A stretch of DNA of 64,000 nt from an uncultured Armatimonadetes bacterium. Lineage in GTDB: Bacteria > Armatimonadota > UBA5829 > DTJY01. This document shows, in pieces, positions 60,927 to 64,000 of the stretch. A model generated the notes under the pieces. The model had not been told where the DNA came from, ran no database searches, and saw nothing but the letters and a program-made list of their open reading frames with translations. The position numbers and the translations under genes were made by a program. The DNA lies in NCBI GenBank assembly GCA_963717145.1, contig OY970325.1:2816001-2880000 (forward strand), in the 5' to 3' direction. Position 1 is the stretch's first letter. Each line of letters begins with the position of its first letter.

Positions 60927-61604
60927 ATGTCTGATTACTTACCAAACAAGGATGTTGATTTGCAGCTATGGACGGCCCGGTTTGTGGCCTATGTGAGTTC
61001 GAACCTGGCTCACCTGGGCCTCGTGGCGGGGGATATAGTCGACCTGGCGGCCGCCGAGCCGGAGTTCAGCGGCGCGCGCATTGCGCTCGATACCGCGTAC
61101 ACTGCCTACAAAAGCGCCCTCTCGGAGAGGGACCTCAGGCGCGAGTCGCTGGTCGATGCAATCAGGCCGCTGGTCGCCCGCATCCAAACCAACCCTGAGA
61201 CGACGAATGTCGATCGGGAGGCAATGTGGATCCCGCTCAGAGGCAATGCGCCGTCCGCTCAGACCGTTGCAGAGGGATCGCCGGATAGACCGACCGCCAG
61301 CATCGACATCCGGGCGCTGCTCACGCATACGCTCCGCATCGAGAACACGGATGGGACCACCACGACTAAGGGGAAACCCGAGGGCGTGAAGGCGGTCGAG
61401 GTCTGGGTCAAGGTCGGGGAGCAGCCGACGGGAGAGCCCGAGACGGACATGCGGTATGTGAACATGTCGAGCAAGAACACGATGGCTGTGCCGTTCACAA
61501 CCGTAGATGGAAACAAGCAGGCGCATTACAAGTTGCGCTGGGTCTACAAGAACGGCATCAAGGGCGGCTGGTCCGACCTCCAGAGCGCGACGATAGCGGC
61601 TTAG
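60927..61604 (+). CDS. Conserved hypothetical protein, paralogue of 19623-20291
   Basis: GGAGG RBS; full-length colinear similarity; both end in SATIAA. Confidence 0.85.
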   Translation: MSDYLPNKDVDLQLWTARFVAYVSSNLAHLGLVAGDIVDLAAAEPEFSGARIALDTAYTAYKSALSERDLRRESLVDAIRPLVARIQTNPETTNVDREAMWIPLRGNAPSAQTVAEGSPDRPTASIDIRALLTHTLRIENTDGTTTTKGKPEGVKAVEVWVKVGEQPTGEPETDMRYVNMSSKNTMAVPFTTVDGNKQAHYKLRWVYKNGIKGGWSDLQSATIAA

Positions 61605-61761
61605 GGGGGATGGTTGATGGTTGATGCCGGAGATGGTTGATGGCTGATGGCTGATGCCGGAGACCGGAAACCGCAGACGAATGCGGATTGGGGAATGCGG
61701 AATATGCAGACCGCCGACCAAACCGCAGAGGCACAGAGAAGACAGAGGAATAGGAAGAATC

Positions 61762-61798
61762 GGGCGGGGCGTTTCGGCGCTCCCGCCCTCTTTTTTTC
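61762..61798 (+). terminator. Rho-independent terminator
   Basis: GGGCGGGGCG-tttcgg-CGCTCCCGCCC followed by a T7 run. Confidence 0.8.
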
Positions 61799-61811
61799 AT
61801 TACCAGACCCC

Positions 61812-61922
61812 GATCCGGAGAACCCCACCCCAGCCCTCCCCGCAACGGAGAGGGAGCACCCCCGCCAGCCGCGAGCAGCTCCCTCTCCGTTGCGGGGAGG
61901 GCTGGGGTGGGGTCTCCGGATC
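61812..61922. repeat. Palindromic element, family C
   Basis: GATCCGGAGAACCCCACCCCAGCCCTCCCCGCAACGGAGAGGGAGC...GCTCCCTCTCCGTTGCGGGGAGGGCTGGGGTGGGGTCTCCGGATC. Confidence 0.92.
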
Positions 61923-61961
61923 CGGAATGCGTCCGTTCCCTACATGGCATCGAAGCCACCT

Positions 61962-62076
61962 ACCGTCAGTCCTGAGTGCGCCGGTGAATGACGGCGTGTA
62001 TCGAAGGACGGCTCAATGCAGCAAGGCCGTCCTTCGATACACGCCGTCATTCACCGGCGCACTCAGGACTGACGGT
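61962..62076. repeat. Long palindrome, family D
   Basis: ACCGTCAGTCCTGAGTGCGCCGGTGAATGACGGCGTGTATCGAAGGACGGC...reverse complement. Confidence 0.92.
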
Positions 62077-62080
62077 GGTT

Positions 62081-62620
62081 TTATCCTGCCGCAAGCTCTG
62101 CGCCTCGGCGGAGGGCTTTTTCGTTGAGCGGGATGAGCTTGTGGCGGTGGGATGGCAGCACCTCGGGCAGGGCGGCGATCAGCGAGTCCATCGAGACGAT
62201 GCCGGTGGACTGGACGTATGCGCCGAGGACGATCATGTTCGCCGCGCGGATGTTGCCGATCTCCTCGGCGATGGTGTTCGCGGGGACTTCAAGGCGATCG
62301 ACATCCTGGCGGGTGGCGCCGGTGTCGATGAGCGAGGTGTTGATGACCAGCTTGCCGCCGGGCTTCACGTTCGGCTGGAAGCGGTCGAACAGGAGTTGGT
62401 GCATGCCGATCAGCGTGTCGGGGTTCGATGATATCGGCGACCCGATCTCATCGGACGAGATGATGACGGTGCAGTCGGCGGTGCCGCCTCGGGCCTCCGG
62501 TCCATAGGACGGAAACCAGACGACGTGCTTGCCCTCAGACATCGCCGCGTGAGCCAGCAGTTGCCCCATGATCATGATCCCCTGGCCGCCGGTCCCGGCC
62601 ATGACTATCTCTTCGTGCAT
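62081..62620 (-). CDS. 2-oxoacid:ferredoxin oxidoreductase gamma subunit
   Basis: AGTGGQGI, PSYGPEARGGTA, ANMIVLGA, NEKAL. Confidence 0.93.
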   Translation of the reverse strand: MHEEIVMAGTGGQGIMIMGQLLAHAAMSEGKHVVWFPSYGPEARGGTADCTVIISSDEIGSPISSNPDTLIGMHQLLFDRFQPNVKPGGKLVINTSLIDTGATRQDVDRLEVPANTIAEEIGNIRAANMIVLGAYVQSTGIVSMDSLIAALPEVLPSHRHKLIPLNEKALRRGAELAAG

Positions 62621-62829
62621 TTCTCACCTCTCCAGAGAACACAGAAGCACGGAAGCAGAGGAAGCACAGAAAGGACTTCTTATCGGGAAGCCGGGAACGG
62701 GAGTGTGGGAGTATGGGAGTGTGGGAGTCCGGAGATCGAGTCCCATTCCCTTCTTGTTTTCCTGAATTCCTGGTTTCCTGCTATACGCCTTTTTCCGTGT
62801 GATCCTCTGCCATCTGTGTTATCTGTGTT

Positions 62830-63573
<744 letters not shown>

Positions 63574-63609
63574 CTGATCCACCTTCTCTTTCGTTGCTCT
63601 TTGCATCGA

Positions 63610-63722
63610 CCGTCAGTCCTGAGTGCGCCGGTGAATGACGGCGTGTAACGAAGGACGGCTAGCTGCACCAAGGCCGTCCTTCGTTACACGCCGTCATTCA
63701 CCGGCGCACTCAGGACTGACGG
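63610..63722. repeat. Long palindrome, family D
   Basis: Near-identical to 61962-62076; lies between the alpha and beta subunit genes. Confidence 0.92.
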
Positions 63723-63739
63723 ATTGCTGTTCCGGCTGC

Positions 63740-63790
63740 CCAAAACCCAAAACCCAAAACCTAACACCCAACACCCGACACCCAACACCT
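63740..63790. repeat. Heptamer tandem repeat (CCAAAAC/CCAACAC)n
   Basis: ccaaaacccaaaacccaaaacctaacacccaacacccgacacccaacacct. Confidence 0.8.
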
Positions 63791-63802
63791 GACTCCCAGA
63801 CC

Positions 63803-64000
63803 CTACCCCGTTTCGGACGGGGTGTTCGTCATCACTGTTTCGGTCGCGGACGGGGTACCGAGGCCGTTGCCATCGACGAGCCGGCCATCGACGAGCGCCT
63901 GCGTGAATCCCGGGAACACCGGGCGCATCAACAACTGCTCGATCTGCCCCAGGATCTCCGGCGGAGTCATGATCACCCCACCGAGCCTCCCATAGAAATC
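63803..64000 (-). CDS. 2-oxoacid:ferredoxin oxidoreductase alpha subunit, 3' end only
   Basis: Minus strand reads DFYGRLGGVIMTPPEILGQIEQL...* and lies upstream of the beta and gamma genes. Confidence 0.75.
   Translation of the reverse strand, partial: DFYGRLGGVIMTPPEILGQIEQLLMRPVFPGFTQALVDGRLVDGNGLGTPSATETVMTNTPSETG

Overview
A 64-kb, GC-rich bacterial chromosomal segment. The gene content suggests Armatimonadota (inference: DUF4838/DUF2961 proteins, many sulfatases and a recurring C-terminal module). Most of the window is glycan/sulfate catabolism and secreted proteins: three sulfatases, GH5, GH10, BNR/sialidase-like, beta-helix, S8 protease and two metallophosphoesterases. Housekeeping genes include a MATE transporter, a Gfo/Idh/MocA oxidoreductase, an NlpC/P60 peptidase and a 2-oxoacid:ferredoxin oxidoreductase operon. 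There are two defence clusters. The first is hsdM-hsdS-ABC ATPase-HNH with no hsdR (13.1-18.6 kb). The second is type III Mod-Res, an hsdS remnant, a DUF4268-like protein and an ImmA/IrrE peptidase-PIN pair (52.2-60.2 kb). An MNT-HEPN toxin-antitoxin pair and an orphan BrxA-like gene are also present. Each defence cluster is followed by the same unexplained cassette: degenerate tandem arrays, a shared ~85-100 bp palindrome, a paralogous ~222-225 aa cytoplasmic gene ending in SATIAA, heptamer repeats and a terminator. At least six palindromic repeat families and several 6-9 bp tandem repeat families fill the intergenic space, and three palindromes sit in-frame inside genes. About six genes carry single-base frameshifts, probably sequencing errors. 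No rRNA, tRNA, CRISPR, integrase or transposase was recognised. All family calls are from motif recognition by eye, not database searches.
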